The notes below the pieces were generated by a model. It saw only the letters and a list, made by a program, of their open reading frames with translations, did not search any database and was not told the DNA's origin. Shown here piece after piece: positions 29,112-38,238 of a stretch of 64,000 nt of DNA (within the stretch, counting starts at the first letter, position 1; each line of letters starts with the position of its first letter). Position numbers and translations under genes: made by a program. The DNA lies in the NCBI GenBank assembly GCA_918262735.1, contig CAKJYJ010000003.1, forward strand, positions 84,883 to 148,882. Direction: 5' to 3'. The DNA is from Clostridiales bacterium. GTDB taxonomy: Bacteria; Bacillota; Clostridia; Christensenellales; UBA1242.

Positions 29112-29297
29112 GTATTGATTAAAAGTTGAGTTGAATAATTAACGTTGATTAATTTTTGCAATTAAATCTAATGATTGTTTATTCATATCTTGACTTTTTT
29201 TTATTATATGGTAAAATTAATATGTTGGTTTAGTTGAGAGTGATTATATTTTGAGAAGTAATAAAAACCATATCAACTAAAACACGGGGAGAGATAT

Positions 29298-30173
29298 ATG
29301 TCAGATAATAATACGAAGGATTTATATAATGATTATGTAACGCTATGGTCAAAATATGTTTTAACTGGCGACTATAATTTAATTTCAAAAGAACTTGAGG
29401 CACTTGCAGAACTTGGGCAAATTGATGCGGTTGAAAAGTATTTAGTTAATAATGGCGTGGGTAACCCAATGATTGACTATCGTGCAAGAACACATAAAGT
29501 TGACGGATATCAAGCTGATTTCGTAAAAGGAATATATAAAACCAAGAGGCATACAGAAGCGTACGAGAAGCTTTTTAACAGGGCGCTTGAAGTGTATAAA
29601 AATTATAAAATCATTGAGGATAGCCCGGTAAGCAGATATTTTGGTGGTGCGGTTTACACAGAGCAACAAGAGCAGTTGATGCTTAAATTGAGGAAAAAGA
29701 TTAATTTGTATTTTAGTTTACTCAGAAAGGTTGATGGACATTGTTTTGTTGCAAAGAAAAAAATTGATGAAGAATTAAATGAAAGTAAAGACGCATTATT
29801 AATTCACAACAAAGCAAAAATAGTAAACTTTATTTCAAACTTAGCACTGTTGCCAAAGACAAAAGAAAAATATCAACAGGAATGTAAAAAGCTTGAAAAA
29901 GAGGCGGCAAATAAACTTTACAAAGAATACAAAAATTTTGTAAAATCAAAAAAAGAAGTTGACCCTTCGGTTGCACTTGCGCTTGCAGAGCATTACATAA
30001 ATTCAAAAAATGCAAATAATCAAATTATTGCAAAAGCGCTACTTTCAAACTATTCAGATAGGGAATTATCTGAACGCCTAAAAGAGTATATGACACGAAA
30101 AGAAAAAGAAAATACTAACAATAATAATAGCAGTGTTGTTTCAAACAAAACGGGTGATGAGCAGGTAAAATAA
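29298..30173 (+). CDS. Hypothetical cytoplasmic helical protein with an Asn-rich tail
   Basis: GGGGAG RBS. Long open frame with no TM helices. No family recognised. Confidence 0.4.
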   Translation: MSDNNTKDLYNDYVTLWSKYVLTGDYNLISKELEALAELGQIDAVEKYLVNNGVGNPMIDYRARTHKVDGYQADFVKGIYKTKRHTEAYEKLFNRALEVYKNYKIIEDSPVSRYFGGAVYTEQQEQLMLKLRKKINLYFSLLRKVDGHCFVAKKKIDEELNESKDALLIHNKAKIVNFISNLALLPKTKEKYQQECKKLEKEAANKLYKEYKNFVKSKKEVDPSVALALAEHYINSKNANNQIIAKALLSNYSDRELSERLKEYMTRKEKENTNNNNSSVVSNKTGDEQVK

Positions 30174-30224
30174 TAAATCAAAAATCACTTTGAAAAATTA
30201 TTATTAAATTAAAAAAAATAAATT

Positions 30225-30253
30225 GGAGAAAATTAATATTTTCTCCTTTTTTT
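30225..30253 (+). terminator. Rho-independent terminator
   Basis: ggagaaaat-taat-attttctcc hairpin followed by T7. Confidence 0.75.
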
Positions 30254-30453
30254 ATTAAAAAAATACTGATTTTTTGGCAGAAAATAAGCGAATCAACCAA
30301 TTTAAATTGTTAAATTTTCAAAAAATTAAACCTCAGTATAAATATTTATTTATAAATTATTAAAAAATGGGTTTATTTTAGTTGTAAAAAATAAAAAAAT
30401 AGGTTAAACTAAAACCTAGAATATTATGTGGGGAATTACGCAAGGAGGAAATC

Positions 30454-33400
30454 GTGAATAAAATAGCTAAAATTATTTTCTATATATTTGCCATTGCTGT
30501 AAGTGCAGGAATGATTGTTTTTATTGCGATTGGTCCAACCGACACTGGTAAAAATCAACTTAATGGAAAATTTTCATTTTCAACCAACACGGAAGCAGCA
30601 TGTAATATAACTGGCAGAATTGAGGGTTCTGAAAACGAAGTTGAATTAAGCAATCTTACATACACTGAAACACAAGCACCAACAATTAGTTCTCTTAGCA
30701 CATGGTCCAACTCACTTTTCTTTGATGGTGAGCGTTCAGACATTGTTGCAACAATAACCATCGAGAACACAAATTTTAGCTATCCACTTAGTGTTTCATT
30801 AAATGATAAGGTTGGCGAACTAACAAACATTGTTAAGCACATGACGGTAAATGGTGAGGATTATGAAAGTAGCAAGCGCATTGTGTTACAACAGGCAACA
30901 GAAACATCAACCGATAAATTAACTTTTAGAGTCGTTTTTAGTGTTGAAAATTCGGAAATTGATGTTGTTGGTGCAAAGTATAACTTTGTTATAAGGCTGG
31001 TTGGAGGAAATATCATCGATATAAACGAAGATGACCCAACACAACCAGTTAATCCGATACATGATGATTCAAATGATTTTGCAGATAGTTATACAACCGG
31101 GTTAACATTTAGTTATGACGACACAAGTTATGAGGCAACTGTAACCGGGGTAAGTTCAAGCGGATCGGGCAAAACCGAATTCAGAATTCCGGCAAATATT
31201 GTTAACAACAAAAACTTTTATAAAGTAACTGCCATAGCAGCCAACGCATTCAAAAATAATTCAAAAATCACATCAGTAACCTTGCCAAATATGGTTAAGA
31301 GCATTGGTTATAGGGCGTTCTATAGTTGTCCTAGTCTTAGAAGTATTTATATTTCAAAAACAGTATCATCAATAGGCGGTGAAGCATTTCGGGATTGCAC
31401 TTCTTTGTCAACCATAACCATAATGAGCGACAATGTTTATATTGCAGATTATGCTTTCAATAACGCAGCGTATTCACCAAAGGTTTACATAGAAAGCATC
31501 AAAACATGGTGCAAATATAGTTTTGCAAGTGCGTCAGCGAATCCTTTGTATAGCAGATCCGGAAGCAGTAATGGTGCTCTATATCTATATGGCAGCTCGT
31601 ATCCAATAAGTGAAGTCGTTATTCCAGATAGTTTTAGCCAAATAAAACAATACGCCTTCAGAAACTGTGGAAGCATTAACACAATCACCATTCCTTCAAC
31701 AATCACACAAATTGGGAATAGTGCATTTGAGAATTGTAATGGCATAACCAAGGTTAATATTTCAGATGTTGATGCTTGGAGCAAAATTGATTTTGCCACA
31801 TCATCTTCAAATCCTGCACATTCAAATGGAAAATTATGGAAAGATGGTCAACAACTAAGCACCGTTGTTTTAACAAATGTAGTAACATCAATTAGTAAAT
31901 ATGCCTTCTACAATTGTAGAGGAATAACAAACATACTAATTCCATCAAGCGTTACTTCAATAGGCACGGAAGCATTTTATTCATGTTATGATATAACGGC
32001 GGTTCAAACACCAAGTTTGCAGTCTTGGTGTGCAATTAGTTTTGCAAATGCAAGTGCAAATCCATTGTATTATGGAAAGAAATTATATAACGACGGAACA
32101 CTTGTTGTTAATTTGACAATTCCAAACACAATTACTCAAATAAAGAATTACACATTCTATAATTTAACCTCGCTAGAAGTTTTATCTTTAAACAATGTAA
32201 CGTCAATTGGTGATAGTGCATTTAATGGATGTGCCGGTCTTAATATGGTTAATGTTCCAACAACACTTACAACAATTGGAAACGAAGCATTTGCAAACTG
32301 CAAAAATACATATGGGGTTTACATCAGCGATATAACCGCTTGGTGTAACATTGCGTTTGCGTCAGCAACATCAAATCCATTGTTCAATGGACATAACCTG
32401 TTCTTGAATAATATTCAACAAACATCAATTGAATTGCCCGGTATTTCAACAATTAAAAAGTATTCATTTGCTGGCTGTGGTGCTTCATCAATAATATTCC
32501 CAGACACAATAACAAAAATAGAAGCCGGAGCTTTCAATAATTGCAAAAATATAACAATATTAGACTTAAAAAACAATCTTACAACAATTGAAGAGAATGC
32601 ATTTGGCGGAGATTCAGCCTTAACAACAGTAAACATTCCAAGTAGTGTAACACAAATTAAAAATGGCGCTTTTAGTTATTGTTCTTCACTAAATAGAGTT
32701 AACATTACCGACATTAACAAATGGGTTGCAATATCATTTGAAAACGGAACTGCAAACCCACTAAATTGTGCTCACAATTTATATCTAAATAATGCACAAA
32801 TTACAGATATTCCAGCATTAACTGCAACCCAAATTAAACAATATGTTTTCTATGGCCTGGGATTAACTTCTATAACCATTCCAGACGGAATAACAAGTAT
32901 TGGCAAATACTCATTTGCAGATAACAAAAATTTAAGGGATGTTCGTGTTCCAACAACATTAACAACCTTTGGAGTTGGGGCATTTAATGGTGACACAAAC
33001 ATACAAAATGTTTACATAAGCGACATGTCAGCTTGGTGCAGTTCAGCTTTTGGTTATGAAACAGACAACAGTATTTATTCTAATATTACCACGCAACCAC
33101 ACTCTAATCCATTATTCTATGGTGGTAGCTTATATTTAAACAACACAAAAGTTCAAGACTTAACATTACCAACGGGAATAACAAGAGTAAAGGACTTTGT
33201 ATTTGTTGGTTGCTCAAGTTTGCAATCGGTAGCAATCCCAAGTGGTTTAGCAAGCATTAATCGAGGTGCATTTTATGGATGTTCTTCGCTTCAAACGGTG
33301 AGTGTTTCAGATTCATTAACCACTATTGCAAGAGATGCGTTTGGATATTGTAACCATATAACAAAAGTGAATATAACCTCTCTGGCAACGTGGCTTGCAA

Positions 33401-33828
33401 TTAATTTTGGAAATGAATATTCAAATCCACTTGCATATGGCTCCGGCATATATTTATCAAATGCTGTTCTTAGCACAATAACAATTCCAGCAGGAGTTTC
33501 AACAATTAAAAAATATGCCTTCTATGGTTCAAAAGCAATAACAACAGTATTTATTGGTAGTGGTGTTACATCAATTTCAGACAATGCTTTTTCTGGTTGC
33601 TCAAACCTTAATGTCGTTTATATTGACAGCTCTTCAGTTATACAATCAATTTCATCGCAGTCATCATGTGGTTATTTGATTAATTATATATCCAAAGCAA
33701 GTGGTGGGTTATATATTAGCAATAGAATAACCGCATATCGTTCAACATATATATCAACAAACTACACTGTGACAGTTACCTCAGAAACAATTAACAACGT
33801 TGAATATACAAAGTGGACAAAAAAATAG
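30454..33828 (+). CDS. Large BspA-like leucine-rich-repeat surface protein (1124 aa)
   Basis: GTG start after AAGGAGG. Signal/anchor helix, an N-terminal domain homologous to that of the 4091 protein, and LRR units interleaved with seven W-x-x-I-x-F...NPL...LY modules. Confidence 0.85.
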   Translation: MNKIAKIIFYIFAIAVSAGMIVFIAIGPTDTGKNQLNGKFSFSTNTEAACNITGRIEGSENEVELSNLTYTETQAPTISSLSTWSNSLFFDGERSDIVATITIENTNFSYPLSVSLNDKVGELTNIVKHMTVNGEDYESSKRIVLQQATETSTDKLTFRVVFSVENSEIDVVGAKYNFVIRLVGGNIIDINEDDPTQPVNPIHDDSNDFADSYTTGLTFSYDDTSYEATVTGVSSSGSGKTEFRIPANIVNNKNFYKVTAIAANAFKNNSKITSVTLPNMVKSIGYRAFYSCPSLRSIYISKTVSSIGGEAFRDCTSLSTITIMSDNVYIADYAFNNAAYSPKVYIESIKTWCKYSFASASANPLYSRSGSSNGALYLYGSSYPISEVVIPDSFSQIKQYAFRNCGSINTITIPSTITQIGNSAFENCNGITKVNISDVDAWSKIDFATSSSNPAHSNGKLWKDGQQLSTVVLTNVVTSISKYAFYNCRGITNILIPSSVTSIGTEAFYSCYDITAVQTPSLQSWCAISFANASANPLYYGKKLYNDGTLVVNLTIPNTITQIKNYTFYNLTSLEVLSLNNVTSIGDSAFNGCAGLNMVNVPTTLTTIGNEAFANCKNTYGVYISDITAWCNIAFASATSNPLFNGHNLFLNNIQQTSIELPGISTIKKYSFAGCGASSIIFPDTITKIEAGAFNNCKNITILDLKNNLTTIEENAFGGDSALTTVNIPSSVTQIKNGAFSYCSSLNRVNITDINKWVAISFENGTANPLNCAHNLYLNNAQITDIPALTATQIKQYVFYGLGLTSITIPDGITSIGKYSFADNKNLRDVRVPTTLTTFGVGAFNGDTNIQNVYISDMSAWCSSAFGYETDNSIYSNITTQPHSNPLFYGGSLYLNNTKVQDLTLPTGITRVKDFVFVGCSSLQSVAIPSGLASINRGAFYGCSSLQTVSVSDSLTTIARDAFGYCNHITKVNITSLATWLAINFGNEYSNPLAYGSGIYLSNAVLSTITIPAGVSTIKKYAFYGSKAITTVFIGSGVTSISDNAFSGCSNLNVVYIDSSSVIQSISSQSSCGYLINYISKASGGLYISNRITAYRSTYISTNYTVTVTSETINNVEYTKWTKK

Positions 33829-33848
33829 CATTGTTGTAAAATAGATTA

Positions 33849-33887
33849 AAACGCCTTAAAAATTTACATTTTTGAGGTGTTTTTTTT
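33849..33887 (+). terminator. Rho-independent terminator
   Basis: ~15-bp stem (including G-U pairs) around the loop ttac, followed by T8. Confidence 0.7.
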
Positions 33888-34021
33888 GTGTGAATATTAG
33901 CCATTTATTGTAGATGAAATCACTTTGGAATAGTTAATAAAAAGAACAATTTTGTTTAAGGGCAAATAAAAAAAAGAAACAGGCAGAATTGTTCAATGAT
34001 TGGGTTTGTTGTGGCGTTATG

Positions 34022-34050
34022 TTGACATTTTTAGAAGTTTGTGCTATAAT
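34022..34050 (+). promoter_or_regulatory. Near-consensus sigma-A promoter
   Basis: TTGACA (34022-34027), 17-nt spacer, TGcTATAAT (34042-34050). It lies inside the ORF-track N-terminal extension, which argues for the ATG at 34093. Confidence 0.55.
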
Positions 34051-34092
34051 ATAAAATCGATAGTAAAAATATGGTTACATTTAGGAGGTAAC

Positions 34093-35073
34093 ATGAATAA
34101 AATAACGAGCGATATAGATTCCTCGAAAAAAATTGCCATTTTTTCGCACGTTTCACCAGATGCAGATGCACTATGCAGTTCGTTTGCATTAAAAAACATT
34201 ATCAATCAAAACTTTGGAATAAAATTTGTTGATGTTTTTATTGATGGTGAGGTTGGTGAACTATACAGACCGATTTTAAGAGACGAAACAATTTGCCAAA
34301 GCCCTTACGGGAAGTATGATTTAGCAATTGTTTTAGATAGTCCAAATTTAGACAGAATAGGTAAATATAAGTCATTGGTTGAGTCGATTCCACATGTAAT
34401 TAATATAGACCATCACGAAACCAATGAAAAATTTGGAGATGATAATTACGTTTCAAAATTTGCTTCAAGCACTGCAGAATTAATATATTTGATATCAAAA
34501 GGTTCACACTATAGTATGGATGATAAAATTGCAAAGCAATTATATCAAGGCATAATAACTGACACAAATTGTTTTACTTCATTTGCAATTTCAAAGAGAA
34601 CATTTCAAGTTGTTAGCGAGCTTTTGGCATATGATTTTGATGCAGAAGCAATAAAAGAGTATTATTTTAAGAATAATTCAAAAGCAAAAACAATTTTGCT
34701 TTCAAAGGCATTGTCTTCAATGAAATTCTATAAAGGTGATAAATTTATAACCATGCGAATTCCATATGAGTTGTTCACAAAAATTGGAGCAAGTTTTGAG
34801 GACACATTCGGAATTATAGATAACGGCATAAATGTTAGCGGAACCGAGGTTTGTGCAATCTTAATTGAAAAAGAGCCATCAAAAATATATGTTAGCTTGC
34901 GTAGTAAAGGCTTGGTTAATGTTGGTGAAATTGTTAAAAAGTATGGCGGTGGTGGAAGCCAAATGGTTGGGGCATATCAAAAAGATGGAAACATTAAAGA
35001 TATAGAACAAGAGCTAGTAAATGACATATCGCCACTTCTTCCAGATGAAGAAATTCCAGAATTCACGTTTTAA
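34093..35073 (+). CDS. DHH/DHHA1 phosphoesterase (NrnA-like oligoribonuclease/pAp phosphatase)
   Basis: HVSPDADALCS, NIDHHETN and GGGGSQMVGA motifs. AGGAGG lies before the ATG at 34093. Confidence 0.85.
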   Translation: MNKITSDIDSSKKIAIFSHVSPDADALCSSFALKNIINQNFGIKFVDVFIDGEVGELYRPILRDETICQSPYGKYDLAIVLDSPNLDRIGKYKSLVESIPHVINIDHHETNEKFGDDNYVSKFASSTAELIYLISKGSHYSMDDKIAKQLYQGIITDTNCFTSFAISKRTFQVVSELLAYDFDAEAIKEYYFKNNSKAKTILLSKALSSMKFYKGDKFITMRIPYELFTKIGASFEDTFGIIDNGINVSGTEVCAILIEKEPSKIYVSLRSKGLVNVGEIVKKYGGGGSQMVGAYQKDGNIKDIEQELVNDISPLLPDEEIPEFTF

Positions 35074-35082
35074 TTTTTAGTA

Positions 35083-35111
35083 TTGACTAATGAGAGTTTG
35101 TGGGGTAATAT
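35083..35111 (+). promoter_or_regulatory. Sigma-A-type promoter placed for a leaderless transcript
   Basis: TTGACT (35083-35088), 17-nt spacer, TAATAT (35106-35111). The ATG is 6 nt downstream and there is no SD. Confidence 0.4.
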
Positions 35112-35117
35112 ATAATT

Positions 35118-36188
35118 ATGAGTAAAAGAGTATTTGAACAGGAATGGGTTGAGGAAAAATCTCCAATTAATAATCTTATAGAGCGCAACGCACTCTGTGA
35201 TTTATTTGAGTGTTTTCGAGATATTAGGGAAGATATAAAATATATCATTAAGCACGATAAAGAAGTGTTCAACAAACTTTCAAAAAAACCCATCGAAGAG
35301 TATTATAAATTAGTTGATAAGAGATTTCATCAACTATATGAACTATGCGTTGAAAAGGGTGATGATGGAAAACCTGTTTACTATGATAGAAGCATGGAAC
35401 ATATAAAAAAAGAAGTTTACGTTCAAAATGGAAGTTGGTATAGGGTTAATGACAAATACTATAAAGCAATATCAAAACTTGCAAAAAGCGTTTTTGAAGT
35501 TGAAGATGAAATTGCATTAATAGTTGAAAAGCTGTGGATTAAAAAATTGTCAAACATTGAAAATTATTCTCCAAATGGTGAATATTCGCTTCTTGCACAT
35601 GTTGATTATAAAACTATGCCTCATGGCCAAATGAGTCCAAAGTTTAAACACTATAACGAAAATCAACAGGGTCTTTGTTTCTCATATGTTTGTGATAAAA
35701 AAACAAGATTGTTTGACACATCACAAAGTTACTACAATCTTTATTCTCATCCACAGGGGCTAGTTGGTATAATTGCAAAACCAAAGCCTGGCTCAATTGT
35801 TGGAATGGCATATGATGACATGCTTTCAACCGAGTATATTGATGGAGATTGTGCACTTTTAAGGCATTTTAATCATTCAAAGGTCTATAGATGTTTTGAA
35901 AGGGGTAACTCAGAAATATATTGCAGAGGAACAAAAATACTTCCACCTGAGGCAATTTTTGAAATTGGAGTTGACACAATTAATGAAATAATACTAGATT
36001 CAAAAAATATTGACGTTCAAGCCATATTCTATGTTAAAAATGGTCGGGGAGAACCACCAGAAAGAATCACAGAATATAAAAAACAACAAGAAAAACTATG
36101 CGGTCACAAGCTACCAGTTATTGAGCTTTGCCCAAGAAACCGCATGAATCAAGTTAATCTTGATGCTGTTTTGGATGGATATTATTAG
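35118..36188 (+). CDS. Hypothetical protein, Cys/His-rich C-terminal half, no family recognised
   Basis: 356-codon open frame with ordinary codon usage, bracketed by a promoter and a strong terminator. Confidence 0.45.
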   Translation: MSKRVFEQEWVEEKSPINNLIERNALCDLFECFRDIREDIKYIIKHDKEVFNKLSKKPIEEYYKLVDKRFHQLYELCVEKGDDGKPVYYDRSMEHIKKEVYVQNGSWYRVNDKYYKAISKLAKSVFEVEDEIALIVEKLWIKKLSNIENYSPNGEYSLLAHVDYKTMPHGQMSPKFKHYNENQQGLCFSYVCDKKTRLFDTSQSYYNLYSHPQGLVGIIAKPKPGSIVGMAYDDMLSTEYIDGDCALLRHFNHSKVYRCFERGNSEIYCRGTKILPPEAIFEIGVDTINEIILDSKNIDVQAIFYVKNGRGEPPERITEYKKQQEKLCGHKLPVIELCPRNRMNQVNLDAVLDGYY

Positions 36189-36232
36189 AATTAAGACATC
36201 ATTTAACTTAATAAACGGTACGAGTTATTTAT

Positions 36233-36261
36233 AAGATAGGAAAATATTTTCCTATCTTTTT
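36233..36261. terminator. Bidirectional hairpin terminator between convergent genes
   Basis: aagatagg-aaaatatttt-cctatctt hairpin followed by T-run, with an AT-rich (ttat-ataa) tract upstream. Confidence 0.7.
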
Positions 36262-36279
36262 AATTATAGTCAAAAAAGA

Positions 36280-37437
36280 TTAACTATCATTTTTGGTTAA
36301 AAAAAGTGTTGCAATTCTTTTAATGGCATTTACAAACGTTTCACATTCTGTATATGTGTTGTAATAGCAAATTGAAACACGAACAACTCCTGTTTCAATA
36401 GTATTTAGTGCTTTATGCTTTAGACCTGCACAATGAAGTCCAGCACGAACACAAATTCCATATTTTTCTGACAGAATGTCGGCAACTTCTTGGGAGTCTG
36501 CCCCTTTTATATTAAAAGCAATAACGCCAAACATAACATTTTCTGGGCTGGTGTATGTTATAATATTTTCTATTTTATCAAGCTCAAAGAGTAAATATGT
36601 TGCTAGGTCATCAATTTTTTTATTGATTTTGTCAAAATTATTGGTTGTCCAACTAAACCCAGCACCAAGTGCTATTATATTTGGTGTTGAAAGCGTACCA
36701 CTTTCCAAACACTCGGGATAATCTTTTGGTTGATAAACATTTAATGAATCCGTGCCAGTTCCACCGTATTTTATTGGCTTTGGATTGGCTCGCACACTAA
36801 AAGCAAAAACTCCAACTCCTTGCAGAGAATAAAGTGCTTTATGTGGTGCAAGTGCAAGCATATCAATATGGTCTTTTTGCATGTCAATTTTAACGTGACC
36901 GGCACTTTGTGCACAATCAACCAAAAACAATATACATTTTTTAGCGCAAAGTTCACCAATTGAGTGTATGTCTGCCATGTCGCCATTAACGTTACTAACA
37001 TGATTAACCGCAATTAAATATGTGTTTTCTTTAATGTATGGCTCAATATCGTTTGCCGTTAATAGTTCTTGTTTCTGGGGATTAACAACAGTAACTTCAA
37101 CTAGGCCTTGCTTTTCAAGTTCAAAAATTGGTCTTACAAGTGAATTATGGTCGTTACACGAGCAAATAATATGTCCCCCTTTTAGTGCAGTACCTAAAAC
37201 GGCAATGTTAAGAGCTTCAGTACAACTTTGTGTAAATATAACATTTTCCGGTTTGTCACAATTAAGAAACCCACAGATTTTTTCTCTAACTTCATACACC
37301 TTTTCACCAGCAAGCATGCTTAAGCTATGGCCACTTCGCCCTGGGTTTGCTGTGTATTTTGATGTTGCAACCATAACGGCTTTAATAACCTCTTTAGGTT
37401 TAATATATGTGCTTGCAGAGTTATCTAGGTATATCAT
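36280..37437 (-). CDS. Cysteine desulfurase family protein (class V aminotransferase fold)
   Basis: PLP-lysine region LALAPHKALYSLQGVG. NifS/SufS-like N-terminus (IYLDNSASTYIKP) and C-terminal GLHCA. Confidence 0.85.
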   Translation of the reverse strand: MIYLDNSASTYIKPKEVIKAVMVATSKYTANPGRSGHSLSMLAGEKVYEVREKICGFLNCDKPENVIFTQSCTEALNIAVLGTALKGGHIICSCNDHNSLVRPIFELEKQGLVEVTVVNPQKQELLTANDIEPYIKENTYLIAVNHVSNVNGDMADIHSIGELCAKKCILFLVDCAQSAGHVKIDMQKDHIDMLALAPHKALYSLQGVGVFAFSVRANPKPIKYGGTGTDSLNVYQPKDYPECLESGTLSTPNIIALGAGFSWTTNNFDKINKKIDDLATYLLFELDKIENIITYTSPENVMFGVIAFNIKGADSQEVADILSEKYGICVRAGLHCAGLKHKALNTIETGVVRVSICYYNTYTECETFVNAIKRIATLFLTKNDS

Positions 37438-37510
37438 ATTAACTTTTTAATCTCCCTTTTAATAAAATGATATGAAATATATGGGAATTTGTGCATAAGA
37501 GGGGGTATTT

Positions 37511-37726
37511 ATGGTTATTGCAACTTTTAGGTCAAGGACGGAAACGTTAAACTTTGCATCAATTTTAAGATCATACAATGTTTGGTGCTTAGTGATAAAC
37601 ACACCAAGATATATAAACGTATCTTGTGGTATATCTGTAAAATTTAATTCTGTCGATATTGATGTGGCAAAAATGATTATTTCAAGAAGGGGATTCAGCA
37701 CGTTTGGTGGCTTTTATGAGATATAA
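37511..37726 (+). CDS. DUF3343-like small protein (putative S/Se carrier)
   Basis: 71 aa, with NTPRYINVSCGISVKF matching the P..(I/V)s.gCG.a(I/V).F core of that family. Divergent from the cysteine desulfurase gene. AGAGGGGG RBS. Confidence 0.5.
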   Translation: MVIATFRSRTETLNFASILRSYNVWCLVINTPRYINVSCGISVKFNSVDIDVAKMIISRRGFSTFGGFYEI

Positions 37727-37760
37727 ATGCAAGACGTCTGGATTGTTTTATATAATAAAA

Positions 37761-37781
37761 AAGCACTCATTTAGAGTGCTT
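37761..37781. terminator. Hairpin terminator (the T-run is on the minus-strand side)
   Basis: aagcactc-attta-gagtgctt hairpin. Confidence 0.55.
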
Positions 37782-37806
37782 AATGTTTAATTGCAATTGG
37801 TTTTTG

Positions 37807-38070
37807 TTATCTTAAAATAATGAAGACAACAATTAAAACAACAGCAATGGTGTATGCAATATACCACCAAACATTGCGTTTTGTTCTAACATAGAAGAAC
37901 GCAGAAACTGCTGTAACAAAATATGCTATGCATGAGCCAATGATGCTAAGAGCACCAACCAAGCCTGCGTTTGCATTGAAGATTCTTTGAAGAATTAAAA
38001 CAACAGCAACGCAAACAAGACCAACAAATGCAATTAAATTAAATAATTTGTTATAATTGTTCTTTGCCAT
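37807..38070 (-). CDS. Small three-helix membrane protein, hypothetical
   Basis: AAGGAG RBS upstream, hydrophobic helices, terminator downstream. Confidence 0.45.
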   Translation of the reverse strand: MAKNNYNKLFNLIAFVGLVCVAVVLILQRIFNANAGLVGALSIIGSCIAYFVTAVSAFFYVRTKRNVWWYIAYTIAVVLIVVFIILR

Positions 38071-38178
38071 AACTATCTTATCTCCTTATCATAATAGAGT
38101 ATACATTAATTTTGAAAATAATGTCAACAATATTAAGATAAAAATGATAAATATATGCTTATTTATTAATATTAGATA

Positions 38179-38207
38179 TTGACAATGCTAATATGTTGGT
38201 GTATAAT
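38179..38207 (+). promoter_or_regulatory. Consensus sigma-A promoter
   Basis: TTGACA (38179-38184), 17-nt spacer, TATAAT (38202-38207). The ORF-track TTG start at 38179 is the -35 hexamer itself. Confidence 0.55.
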
Positions 38208-38238
38208 CTCAAGGAAAACAATTTTTATAGAGGTGTAT

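Noticed and set aside
38179-38238. N-terminal extensions proposed by the ORF track (38179, 34000, 59386, 60969, 645, 42819, 16286, 25644, 4085)
   Set aside because: In each case a good Shine-Dalgarno precedes an internal ATG that gives a canonical N-terminus. At 38179 and 34022 the extension actually contains the -35/-10 promoter hexamers. At 59386 and 60969 the extension overlaps the preceding gene.
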